Part shown: positions 49,275 through 62,191 of the stretch, in pieces
Numbering within the stretch: position 1 is the stretch's first letter
Layout: each line of letters begins with the position of its first letter
NCBI GenBank assembly: GCA_030704615.1
Contig: CM060731.1
Span: 38,192,001 to 38,256,000, forward strand
From: Takakia lepidozioides
Lineage: Eukaryota > Plantae > Bryophyta
Reading direction: 5' to 3'
Length of the DNA stretch: 64,000 nucleotides
Notes under the pieces: generated by a model
Seen by the model: only the letters and a program-made list of their open reading frames with translations
What the model was told of the DNA's origin: nothing
The model's database searches: none
Made by a program: the position numbers and the translations under genes

Positions 49275-51831
49275 GATGTACAGAGGCCAGATGTTAGGGA
49301 CGGCTTTACTAGTGGTGACGATGACAACTCTAGCTCGACTGATTATCGCAGCTGAACATTATGTGTCCTCCTTGTTTGGCAACTTTTTATTTTGATACGG
49401 ACAATACATCCATTGCTATGTCTTGCTGCAACTGGTTTTTGGGTGTGACAAATGTGCCCACTTCATGCTTCATGTGTGGGTGTGAATGTCTCTAGGATGT
49501 TGCAAATAGACGGTCATGAAAGTTTCAGTTAGTGATAGTCATCATGTAAATCAATTGTGATATAAAATGCAAAAACAAACAATCCACCAAGGCCAGCCAA
49601 TTCAAGATTCATTACATAAATTGCATTTCCATAGCAATCTGCTCCGACATTTCAGCAGAGACAGCACATTCTTTTTCTCCGCAGCTATAGCAGCTACGTC
49701 GGTTAGCATATGTGTGTTCGGTGTTACTGGCACGTCAACTTTGGTATCCTCATGTAGCTTGCTGAAATCGGTTCGACTGTCATTCCAGTGGAGAGGATCG
49801 CAGCCTTGATGCTTACTCTTCTGTGCATTGTCTGAATTTGAATGGGGGATGAAATAATCTCACTTACTCAGTGATTTGCTCTGCTTAGCTTCTTTCAAAT
49901 ATCTGCCGACATCACCAGTGATGTCAATGCGTCATCAGTTTGGAACTTACCAGATTTGTCCCAGGGGCTCCTTTCTGCAAGTAAAGCATTCTCAATGACG
50001 ACCAAAACAAACTTTCCCGAATGGTATTGGACTCCACGGAAATGCAACACGGCCTGACAGAGAATTGATCAAGAATGTAAATGGCAACAAAGGAAAGTAA
50101 CAGAAACAAGAAATGGAAGGGGTGGCAAAAGAGGGCCAGGATGTCCATTGCGAGAAGGGTCGCAAGGGATGTCCGATTGAGAAGAAGTTATGAGCGATCT
50201 CCAGTGTGGCGGGGAAGAAAGAGGACGCGCGGCGCAGAAAGAGAGGACCAAGTTATATGTCACCTTTGCCCAGTGCTTTCCATCCGTCCAATCACCGACT
50301 CACTAACGTTTATCATCCAACCCATAGAAAACACGGAAGGATCCAGTAATTAAGAGTCGATTAGATAGTAATTAAATAATTAGGCATAAGTGTTGCCTAA
50401 TTGAAGAAGGGCGCTGTCAAGAGGGTGCGAGCGAGAGAGAGAAGGGAGTAGCGCTGGCGGGGTTGTCACTGGAGTGTGGGGATTGCAAGGCACAGTTCCC
50501 AAGTGTGGAGGAGGCGCAGGATCATGCAGAGCTGACCGGCCATGCCAATTTCCAGGAGTCCACTCAGCCTGTATGTACTACATCTTTCTCTCTCGCTCTC
50601 TCTCTCGGATCTGTAGGATAATCGTGGCTGATTAGGTTTGATTGGCTTAACTTTGCTTTTCAAAAAGTTGGATTGCAATGCAACGCAGTACAATCACAGC
50701 ACTCTGAAGGAACCTTGATTTTTAACAGTATTTATCGTGTAGCAAATTCCGCGACCTCCATCTGCCGGGTGTTGGATAGTGGTTGTTCATAACTATCGAC
50801 ATCCGGAGCAGAAATGAACCAAAAATGGTGGCACGTCCCTATGCCTTCCTTGGACACGAAAGGTCACGTAACCGTGCAGCAGATTGCTTCTGTTTACATC
50901 CCCTCTCTGTGTATCGTAGATGTCATTATCTGTCGGCATGTGAAGCATGAACAGACACCGAACTACACCTGAGACGAAGTGCCTCAGATAAGCTGCCTAG
51001 CACTTTTGATCCCAAAGCTGAAGGCATGCACCCGAGATGGGGAGACAGTAGTATCAGCCTTGGATCTCATTTAATGTAGGATGAGAAAAAGAATGGTTGT
51101 GAGAGAAAAAACTTCCTAACATCCACAGAAAGCCATAAGGGGCCTATGGTATAAGCAGATATACAGCAAGGCACTTAGGATCTTCAAAGCTGAAGAGAAT
51201 ACATTGGTGGAGTACTAACATTGGCATGGTTTCGGCTAGAGGGACTGAGTGTACGCACCAAGTGCATCAGTGCAGGTTCTTTAGCCTGAAGGACTTTCAC
51301 TGTCCTCTCTCTTAAACTAGGGTATAATCCAGTTTCTCCAAACTTCAAGAGTTAATTGAGATAACTTTAGGTGTGAATGAACTTTTTATCTCCCATTTGT
51401 GGAAAAAAGAAAGATAAAAAGATAAAGTTTCTTTAACGTCCAGTGAATTTACTGAGCCTACTGCTCAACACACAGGCCATCGAGGGCCCAATGGACGGTC
51501 TGAAGGCACATGTTGAAGGATTGAACCCAGAAAAAGAAAGAAAAAGAAAAACCTTTACCATTACTGGCTATAGTTTTTTCTAAAAAATCACTAAGTTAGT
51601 ACCTATAGTTATTTTTAAAGGGGGTTGAGCTCACTACCTACCTATAGCCAGATCTCGCTAATTCCAGGCGTGAAGTCGAGTATAAAACAGAAGAGGTCGG
51701 AGGAGGTGCAGGTGTGTGGTTGCCTGGTTGGGTGGAGAGCTCTCAGGAAAGGGTTTTGGCTCCCTTAATTGTGTGTTAGTGTGTCTAACCATCGAGATTT
51801 ATTTCTTGAGCGTTTCCAATTACAAACGATC

Positions 51832-53329
51832 ATGGCACAATCGATGATGGTGCCGTATGGGAGGGGGGCAGTTCTTCCTTGAGCGGCCGGGGGACCTTGT
51901 CGTGGAGGGCTGGTAGTTTAGCTATCAAGGGAACGTGGTCAGGAGGTATAGTGAAGTACTTGCTCAAGCATTTGAATTTTGCAGTAATGTCCAAGCACAT
52001 CCAAGGCTCCCTGCAGCTAAAAGAGTTGCTGGATCCTGATCAAGAGGATCGATCCGGAATTTTTTTTGGGTGTGTGGAGTGATGAGCATAAGTTAGTGAT
52101 ATGGTGAGCTTGTTGATCTGTTACGCAGGTGTGGGATACCAATGGGGGACGGCTACGGGCCCAGAGAAAGGGAAACCAACACGAGGGCTATCAGTGCTGG
52201 GATGGAACACTACGAATGTGAGGCAGAGCCGGCACAATTTGCAACCGTGCCAGGCAGTACTTCAAGAAGATGGTAAGGGACCTTTATTCTGAAAGAGGTG
52301 TCTCTCTATGGGAAGTACTAGATTTTCTTCTCTTCTTCTCCAGCCGCGTCGTAAACTCTTGTGCTTCTCTCAGGCTTCTCTCAGCCGCATATATACGTGA
52401 AGTAGTCGGTGGCAGTAATAGGAACCATTTCATTCTGCGCTCTTGATTCACGTGTTATTACGTTATTACACGCAGATGCAGGCACAGAACCCGCTGCAGC
52501 TATCATTGCAGCTGCAGTCACAAAACCGACTGCAGCTATCATTGATGGGAAAGCCATGGCTTTACAAATTCAAGGTGAAGTTGCGAGTGAAGTGGCCAAA
52601 ATGAGGGATTCTGTGGGGAAGGTTCCAGGCCTGGCGGTGATCCTTGTTGGGACTCTTAGGGAATCCAAAACCTATGTTCGGAACAAGAAGGCGGCTTGTA
52701 AGGAAGTAGGAAGTCACTTTTTCGGAGTCGAATTACCTCATAATGTAACGGAGGACGAGGTTTTGAGCTATGTAAAGAGATTCAACGACGATCCAGCTGT
52801 ACATGGAGTATTGGTGCAACTTCCTCTTCCTAAGGTAATAGTTCTGATCTTTGGTCAGATCACAGCTATGAAGCCACCTTTTGGGGAGGGAACTTTTAAT
52901 ATTCATGGTCCAGTTGGTCATCTTCCAAGCCATTAAAGACAGCGTGTGACATGATTAATGAGAGCCTGTGCATTTGTAAGAGGGAGTATGAGTGAGATTT
53001 GTGAGTCCTCTAAGCAGATCAAACTTAATCTCTCCCCATTTTGTCTGTTTGATATTGTCTCACAGTGGCTGTGGCTGTTCTCAGTTTCGTTAGTTGGCCT
53101 GAGAGAGACCGTTTGAATCACTGTTTCTGTGATGATGTGTTTGTGACAGGATCCTTCCACAAAGAAAGAGCACTTGGTGGGTGATGTTTGCTACACAGAG
53201 GCCTGCCAAGTGGCATCAAAAATCACTCCAGTGCCTGGTGGAGTTGGACCTATGACAATTGCGATGTTGATGTCTCATATGCTCAATTCGGCTAAATGTG
53301 CATATGGACTTGTGAATAGTCCTATGTAG
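51832..53329 (+). pseudogene. folD: Internally deleted FolD (methylenetetrahydrofolate dehydrogenase/cyclohydrolase) copy
   Basis: Exon 52476-52834 IIDGKAMA...VPGLAVILVG...YVRNKKAACKEVG...VHGVLVQLPLPK; last exon 53150-53329 LVGDVCY...[17 protein letters not shown]. The middle exons are absent. Putative transit-peptide exons at 51832-51945 (frameshifted) and 52129-52272. Confidence 0.85.
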
Positions 53330-53999
53330 TTGTGATGCGGAATACCCGGACTGGTAACTTGTAAAATCCCACCAGTACTGATTGGCCTCTTTGGCAAGGA
53401 GAGAGGATTGCTGTCACATGGTTTCTATTTTGGCATTGTAATCACCTATGCAAAGCTAGGAACTACAACTTCAAGTATCATTTGTTCAACTCTTACAAAC
53501 TGTTGCCAAGTAGCCTCCATATGTTCAATCACATGAGTGAAAGGATTCATACCTCAGACCTGCAAACGCTGCTATATTGGTGTGCTGGTTGGGAATGAAG
53601 TTAATTCTTGACAAAGTTTGGGTGATGGTGAGCTTCCTAGATCCACCTCCAATCTTGAAGATAAAGCTTCAATGGGCTGAATGCATGCTCCACACATGCA
53701 TTCTCTTTACACAAGAGGTAATATCAGTCCCCTAAAACACAAGAGGTAATATCTCTAAAACAAGACTAAGCACTCTGCAAGATTATACATTGGCCTGGAC
53801 CTTAAATTCAGGTCCAAAAGAAAAATTAGGAGAGCCTTAAATGGGAGATACTAGGAAACTTAATGTCGCCCCATCTTAGAGTACTTTTGCCAGACTCCGG
53901 CAGCCTAGCCCTTGCCAAATCCTCCCCCACCCCCTCTTAGGCATCTACGTGGGAACTTGCCAAAAGTGCATTCGCCGGGCTCACGGGCTCACGAGATGG

Positions 54000-54418
54000 G
54001 TGCATATGCCGGAGTGTTGTAACTAAAGATGGACAGGTGATGTTGGTGCATATGCCGGAGTGTTGTAACTAAAGATGGACAGGTGATGTTGCAGGCAAGG
54101 GTGACATCTATCATGGAAGTCCCCCCACCTTGGATTTGGTCATGTGTACACAATGGTCACTTCCGGTTCGCTTCTCAAGATAAGGCGTATCAGGTTATAA
54201 TTGGTACATGTCATGACTGCACTTGCCCGGATTTCATTTGCATGCGTGAGGGCAACCTGGGAAAGAAGAGGAAGTGGGTTCTTTGCAAACACCTTTACTA
54301 CATTTTTGTGCGTAGGATGTGTTGTGACCCCAAAAGAGACCAGTACATTCACCAAGGCACGCTATCACCTGGTGAAGTCCATACTCTTCTGCAACGTGAT
54401 AGGTCCGAGACCGGTTAA
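54000..54418 (+). pseudogene. SWIM zinc-finger remnant (likely TE-derived)
   Basis: YQVIIG...CTCPDF...CKHLYYIF fits the CxCxnCxH SWIM motif; preceded by a 46-bp tandem duplication at 54000-54091. Confidence 0.65.
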
Positions 54419-56357
54419 GTAGTAGGCGTACTGCTTGTCTGCATTGCATACTATGAGCGAAAATTGAGTAACAATGAAGCAATAACATACTGGTACTTCA
54501 GTACATGTCTTCATTCAATCACTCACTTATGTGCCGGTCCTATGCAACTCATCTAATACATGGTGATATTCTATCTTTGCATAGGCATGGATTGTGCTCT
54601 CGTTCGTTTCGTTTCCCAAAAGTGCTCTTGGATTCTCTTATTGCGTTGTGCAGTTGAAGGTAGTGTTGGCCATTCCAACTGGAATAGGCCCCCCTTCTCG
54701 GGTCCTCGGGAATAGGTGTTGTTTCCAATACACCCTAGACCCTGGGCTCATGCTTACCAAGCATGAGCCTAGGCTCACGCTTACTGCACTAATCGTGAGC
54801 CCAGCTCCCAAGCTCATGGGGCTAGGCACATGACCTAGCTGCCCTCTTCCTTAGGACCGCTTGAGGCAATGCCTTCTCTCTGTCCACCAAAAACTGGTGC
54901 CATCATACTCTCCCCATCTGCTTGCAGAGTTTACTGAACAAGAGTTAGAGGATGCACTTAAGCTTATGAACAACAACAAGGCCCCTAGGCTCAGCCATTT
55001 TGCTTGTGCTTCCAATGATCCGTATCAGTTATGTACTTTAACCGTTTACCACATCATTGGACTGATCACTCGAGCATTATCTGAATGCGTGTGGAACGAC
55101 GATTATGGCAGGTGCCATATTTCAGCAGAGTCAGTTTTAACCAGCAAATGCAGATGCTAGTGCCATCACCCAATCCATCTGCATCGTTATCGTGATCATT
55201 GCAAGCCTGTTCTCTCTATATCGCTCAATCTCCATGAATCGCAATCAAATCCACGAAAGCTCCCTCAAATCCAGTGTCTCCTTCATAAAACTTGCTGCTT
55301 TTCAGCATTCTCTATACGCCGACCTAACCAGTTACTTTGCGATTTCTAGTCTCATAACGCGCACCTTCTACCCTTGCTTCAGTAAGTCTTAGCAAAAAGA
55401 AGAGAGACTGCACCCCACGCTGGAACATTGGCCTAAAAGCTAAGAAGGAGACAACTGGAGGCCCTTCCGCCGTTCGAAAACGGTGGAATGGCCCGGTTTT
55501 TGGCATGTCCAATCTTCCCCACCCTCTCTTGAGAATGACATGGAACTGAAGGAGTGTAAACTCCGGTGGGGGTTACACGCCAGGTGAGTGTAACTCCCAC
55601 GGGAGTGGGGAGTGTGGGGAATCGGGCGAAAGTACCGTTAGATGGCACGAGTGCATTTAGTGCTTTCCTTATTTCTATTATCTGCCCAATGGCATGTGTG
55701 GGCCCATTTCCCCATTTCCCTATGAGGTGCCATGTGTAAGATCTTTGGGGTGCAGTACCACCTTCCCCTCCGAACTGAGTGCTTGTGGAGCGCCACGTGG
55801 GGACCCTCCGCCTGCCGTACCACCTTCCGCTACAACCTTCCGGCCGCAGGCAGAGCAACACGTGGGAAATCGGGCCCCGCCCGTGAAAGCCCTTGGGCGG
55901 GGCATTCCCTCGTGGAACCTGCCTTAGCCAACGTGGCCCAGCCGACACTCTGCCGAGAGCTCTTTGGGTGACGTGGCACAATGCCATTGGTTATGAGGAC
56001 GAGCGCTATATTTGATAGCATATGTTTTGGATGCGATGTGACAGATGTGGATGTAAAGTAGCCAAATCTGGATGTCAAGTGCACTCCTTGTGACAGACTA
56101 TGTCCAATACAGTTCAAGAGGAGGGAGAGTAGTGGATGTGGCAAGGCCGAGCCGAGGGCGGGCTATCTAGTCCATATGACCACCACCCTTTTTGAAAATA
56201 TATATGAAGTGTACATTTAAAAGTAAATAGAGCCCAGCAGCCAGGTGAGGTGAAGGCTCTTAGCTACGCAGGCTTGGGCAGCGTAGCTAAGAGTCCTCTC
56301 TATCTTGTGCATACACACCGACGTGCTCCAGCCCCCTTGAATCATGTGGAGTGCATA

Positions 56358-57083
56358 TCATTGCCTCTTCAGCTCTGAAAACTGTAACTTTGCATCGTTT
56401 ACTACGAGGACAAACCTGTATAGGCACCAGATTGAGAAATTGCAGCCCAAAAATATCCAGAACAATGTACCAGCATTGGAACCTAGATACATACACAGCC
56501 ACCTATCTGCCAGTACTGCTCCAGCTGCAACAACAAAACCAATGCTTGCTAGCAGAATCCACAATCTGGCTGTCTTGAAACTGGCCTGCTGTGTAGCCCC
56601 CCGGCGTGGATTGCAAGCCTCATGCCAACAGCGGCTCAATACATAGGTACCAACGCCTGCAGATGCGAGCATTGGCACCAAGTACAATTGTTCCTTCAAT
56701 AAAGAGGGGCCCAATATTGCAGTTGCTGCTAGAGCTAGGTAGCCGATGAGTAGGGTTGATCGTTGTGCCACAGGCCTATCGTCAAAGATGCTGGCCAGAG
56801 TAGCAAAGCCCATCAAAATAGACATTGAAGAATTTCCTGTGGCCACCACGTCGGCCGAGTGAAATATTGTTCTGATGTCAAAGGAATGGAAGAAGAGGCC
56901 CCCAAGACACATGACGCCATACCACAAAAATGCAAAGCCCCAGACAAATAAACCTCTTCCGGGAATTTTAGTCATGGAAAGGCTCAAAAGATGGAGGCCG
57001 GTTGCCCATCCCATGAACATCCCAAAAACCATTGTCAAAGCAACAGTTGGCCACTTCACGCTAATGGAACTGCCCCATGGAAG
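56358..57083 (-). CDS. Uncharacterised multi-pass (~7 TM) membrane protein, large terminal exon; upstream exons probably within 57.1-58.6 kb
   Basis: A stop-free ~240-aa frame with regularly spaced hydrophobic helices. Candidate first exon at 58527-58396 (MSASVALKFFP...) with a GTACGA donor. Confidence 0.65.
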   Translation of the reverse strand, partial: LPWGSSISVKWPTVALTMVFGMFMGWATGLHLLSLSMTKIPGRGLFVWGFAFLWYGVMCLGGLFFHSFDIRTIFHSADVVATGNSSMSILMGFATLASIFDDRPVAQRSTLLIGYLALAATAILGPSLLKEQLYLVPMLASAGVGTYVLSRCWHEACNPRRGATQQASFKTARLWILLASIGFVVAAGAVLADRWLCMYLGSNAGTLFWIFLGCNFSIWCLYRFVLVVNDAKLQFSELKRQ

Positions 57084-59037
57084 CTGCAAGTTCACCCCCC
57101 AACCCCCACCCACGCACACAGAGATTCCAAATCAAATGGTCAGCACACTGGTCAGGACTCACCCATCATCTGCCTTCCATCTATAGATACTAAAGATCTG
57201 TTGTCTAGCTGTAGTCCAGAGAAGCTATGAAGCCGGGAAGCATATCTTGGTTGTTTCAGAGACAGACAGCTGGGTGCAATGTTGTGATTGAGGCACTGGT
57301 AGACATAGTTAGTTAATTGGATGTTACCAGGACTATAAACCTTACTGGTTGGATGATAGGGTTTCATGGAACCTGCATGTAAGATGGCGATGGTTCAAAT
57401 TCAGAGTTGGGTCCTATCATCATACAACAATTTAGCCTTGAGAGAAACCTTGTCTGGGAGGACAATCAAAGTCGCCACTATCAGCCACCATGTGCAAAAT
57501 TGGTAGGGATCATATCAGTTGATAGTGTACCTCGTGCAATGTTTTGCTTAGTTCTCTTCATGCGGACCAGAACCCCCCATGCCAAATGTCTTCAAAATAC
57601 CTCATAAGGTGCTACCTGACCGTTCACTCGTCAACTATTCCATCTTAAATAGATATATGATCCTGGTTTGAAGCTTCGAAAATTTCCAGGGTACGTGAAT
57701 GATAATGTGGTTATTCCCAAGACAACTGCTACGTGCCCTCACAGTGACCGTATCCGTGATAGGAATCGAGGAGGAAACATCCCTGAAAGCGGACTAAGAG
57801 GATTGTCCCAGCTTTTGGGGTGGCCAACCTCAATAAGCGCGGGAGTGGGTATGGTCACTAGTACTTCAGCAAGGTTTAACTTCAGCTGCCGCGCTTCTTA
57901 CCTGAGTTCCTTAGAAACGTCGCTACGGAATAAGTTATCCCAAATTCTTGAAAGCAAATTCAAAGCAGGTGACCAGTAATCTGAAGAAAGACTCTTGCCG
58001 AAGCAAGCGTAACTTATGGTGTCAGTTCACTTCGAAGGAGTGAAGAGATACTGTCCGTTTGGAGGTGAACAGTACTATATATCAATTGTCTCTTCCACTC
58101 TGCCACCATCTAAACACTCACCTTATCCATCAAGACCTTTTTCTTATCCAGCCTCTACCTCGGAAGAACTTGTTAAGCTACCAAAGCTGATACTGCAAAT
58201 TAGCAACTGTACCCTCCCTCGAGGCACACATGTACATCGTACCTCAATGAATTTAGCGAATCCTTTGAATCATACAACAAGCAACAACGTTCAAAAATCC
58301 GAAGCGTGCACAAGAGGCCGACGTTGTGGGGTGGATGTTGCAAATGCTTTCTGGAAAGAGAGAGGGAGAGAGAGAGAGAGAGATGTATATCGTACCGTAA
58401 AATCCAAGAAAGGGACGGGACACATTTCCTGCACCCACTCTGGGAAGAGGGCATCCCACAGAGGACGATAGGATTGCACCAGGCCGAAGGTGGCCGGGAA
58501 GAACTTCAAAGCCACGCTTGCCGACATAATTAATGAACCTCTGCCCGATCAGGACCCGCCGTTCAAGATTAACCAGCAGTGCCAGAATTCAAGTGAAAGT
58601 AGTTCGAAACTGATCAGCTCACAAATCTGGAAACATCCGGCAATCCGCAGCTGTCCTTTTACCTCAACCGGCGTGAAAGAAACCGAGTGGAGGAGAGAGA
58701 GAAAGAGAGAGAGGGACGGCTGCGAGAAGAAAGCGTAGCAACAAGCCAGACATAAAATGATATACTTCAGTCACAAGATCGTACTAGCACTTGATACAGT
58801 TGAAATCCAGTCAAAAGAAATGGCGTGGTGATCCGGTGGTGTGATGGCGTGCTTTTGATCAGCTCCCGAAACACTCCAGCCTTGCGTGGGAGCGGTTGTC
58901 GCTCCTCGCCATCCGGCCCCACCCGCTGAGCTACATATCTATCCCTTTTGAGTCTTCTTCCGGTCTTCACCTTCCCCGTCTGCCGGCGGGCCCATCTGCA
59001 CACACCAGAATTTTCATCTGTTTAACGCGGGAATTAT

Positions 59038-62000
59038 TAGAAATGAGGTAAGAACTTAATGCACTCGTGCAACCTCTGATAGGACGCTACGCCCACTTTG
59101 TCATGTCAAATCATCCCCACCCTCTAGTTGAGAGTGACATGGAACTGAAGGTATATAAAATCCAGTGGGGGAGGCCAAAATATAATACCCGGCTGCACCG
59201 CGTCCCACATAATCCGTGACCAATTTCAGGCCTTTGAAGCGAGGGTCCAACGTCAGCGCCAACATGTTGTGTGACTTCAACACATTAGATGACACCAAAA
59301 AGTTGAGAAAAGGCTGCAAAACAGCAACAACCACTTCACGAATTCTCTTCATGAATTCTGCTTTGGAGTACAAGAAGCTCCGCATCAAAGACATTGGGTG
59401 GTTGAGTCTTATCACAAAATTGAGCTTTTTCCTCTTGCATGCGTACGGACAAAAACATGGCAGCATTGAGGGCATCAGACAACAACCAATGACCTCTTGA
59501 TTGATTGAACATTGGAAACAGTCACCACAGGGTTCAAAAAACTTGTAACGGCTTCGGCAATAGCCCATACCTACAGCTTAGGAACTCTTTGTTGCAGAGT
59601 AAGAGTTTGCTGACTGTAACATGTAATACTGGCCTATGTAAACTCAAGGGTTTTTCAAACATTATGACTTTTACATGCAAACTTGGTTTTCACAGAGTTT
59701 TCAGCTTGCGAGGCTGTAGGGTAGAGTCTATGCATGCCTTATTCCATTCTTGTCGACTCTTTCCAGATTTATTTGGTCCAAGTAATAGTCTTCTCAATGT
59801 AAAGCAGGTGTTCCTCAAGAAACTTCACTTGCTACTTGTCTGTTTTTTTTATAGAGAGTAGTAGAACCGAAAAATGAAGTGATGGCATAACCTGTAGGCA
59901 ATGACCGTTTCTTTCTTGCTTGGCGACTGTGCTTGGCCATGGTTATGTATAAGGATAATTTTATTTTAGTATATCCACTGGTTATCTATTTTACAAAACT
60001 CTTCAAATCTAGACGGTTAGGAATAGGACGATTAGAGGACTCCTAAAATTGGCGGATATATATGCAATTGGAGGTTACATATAATATATTGAATGGGAAA
60101 ACCCTAAAAATAATCAATTCACATATGACATCCCTAGGGGCTCCAAGGTGCAGTAGCTTGGCCATGAGCTATGTCACAAGGAAACCTTCTGTCACCACCT
60201 CAGTGGCGAAGTGGAACTCTGAACCATTTTGCTATCAGCACAACTGGTCTTCCCACATCATTCATGTGCTCAGAAGATCCAAACATTGTATTCATGCTCT
60301 AGATGCTAATGTAGCTTGTTGATTCATTGAATGCCTTCAATGGAGAGACGGCGCTAGAAATGCAGCTGCGTTGTGTGAGCAGGAACGTGTCTTATACATA
60401 ACTGTAACTGCTCTAGGGGGGTCAAAACGCCTTACTAATCCAGGTATACGTGTAGTGCTAACCTTAATATAGGGTACATATACATATACATACTCACCTC
60501 CCAACCGTCGGTTATTTATTTGCTCTATTTTGCAAAAATACCCTGTATGCGGTTATGTATACCTACTAACCGGGGTGGTAACCAACTCACTAACTGGGGT
60601 AGAGTGCTATACCCGGCCAACACTGGTTTATACCTGTTGGAGTGTCCGACTACACTACCATAGCCCCCATCAAGAACCAACCCATTAATGGAGTGTCGGT
60701 ACCTAGGCTACAATTCCATAAACGATTTTTAGAGCAGGCTAGCTGACGTGGCATGTTTCTACTGGATTCGAGGAGAGATGCTATATGTGGTATTCTACGA
60801 CCTACTAGATCTTAACTACCTGCGTGGCTCGGTAGGTCCTAGCTTCTGCTATATCTGCAGGTGGTAGGTACATACAAGGGTAAACTGACTGGCTCTGCCC
60901 TAAAAATCGGCTATGTCCGGTAGCGCTCGAGAGGGAGCCCTTGCTATTAGATATAGGAGGTCGCCATGACACCTCGCTGCTTGTCATGTTGCGATTGTCA
61001 TGTTGGTTGCAACTTTTGCTGGATGGGGGCTATGGACTAGGTAGCATTCGAGAGGAGTCCTTGCTATTGGATATGGTAGGGAGCCATGATACCTCACCGC
61101 TAATGCTATGAGGTATGCTAATGCTAGTGAGGTATCAAGGCTCCCTACCATATCCGATAGCAAGGGCTCATCTCGAATGCTACCTAGTCCATAGCCCCCC
61201 ATCCAGAATCGAACCCAAAGTTGCACCAACATGACATCACAACATGACACCCTCCTGGTATTTAATAGTGAAACCAAGGTAAGAGGGGAGAATTTGATAG
61301 GAGCCCAGGGAATCCGGACAAAGTACCGCTAGATGGCATGAGTCAGCGTCCGGGAAATAATTTCAGTTGAACCAGCCAGTAGCCGCTCATTCCCAGCAGC
61401 AATCGGCTAAGTGGGTTGGGCAGTCGGTTGCTGCCCCTTAGTGGTAACTATACCCGGTCAATTTCCGAGATAATTTCTTTACAACCGGTAATATTCCTAA
61501 TGATTTATTTTGTGTTCAGCTATAAATCCGGCCCTTATAAATATCAACCGGTTGACAACACAAGTGTCAAATGCACAACAATAAGTAAATAATAATAATA
61601 ATAAATAATCACAACCAGTTTTAAGCAATTCAAACAAGTGAAGAACATTGTATCCTTATAGAAGTTGGACCTGTCAATGCCTTCAAACCACATGGAGGTC
61701 AAGAATTGAACCCGCGTGGACAGGTGAGCTGTGATAGCAGGCAGCGAGTGCAAGCAGGCGTGGGGCTGGGGCTCCGAGAGCAACGTCCAGACTTAGTAGG
61801 GTTTGCCCGCGGGCCCGCCCTCTTTGAGTTCAATATTTTTTCACCTAAACGCCCTTCCTTGGATGTAACCCGGCCTGGCACGTTGGATTTCTGCCATGTG
61901 GTGGACTTTGACGGCCATTTCCATTTTTTGTAATATAAGAAGGGCCGGAATCCGTCCAGGCCTTGCCAACTAAGGCAGATTTCCTGTCTGTAATGAAACG

Positions 62001-62191
62001 GAAAGGCAAATATCCTTCCTAAAAGTAGGGCACCGGTTGATTTCCACTTCGGCCATTTTTTCCCTCGGATCCATTTCCTGAGGTTTCATATTTCATTCGG
62101 AAATTTTGGAATTCAGTCGGCTAGCATGTAACTGGCTGCCGGTTCTCCCCGGACGTTGGCATGAGTGCTTTAAGTTCTTACCTTATTCCTA
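59038..62191. mobile_element. TIR-bounded hAT-like DNA transposon relic
   Basis: Imperfect ~37-bp TIRs: TAGAAATGAGGTAAGAACTTAATGCACTCGTGCAAC at 59038 versus the reverse complement ending at 62191. Internal - strand fragment HNMLALTLDPRFKGL (hAT LDPR motif). No TSD seen. Confidence 0.55.
60982..61249. repeat. Long inverted repeat (~115-120-bp arms, 29-nt spacer)
   Basis: 60982-61097 is the reverse complement of 61127-61249 with few mismatches or indels. Confidence 0.85.
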
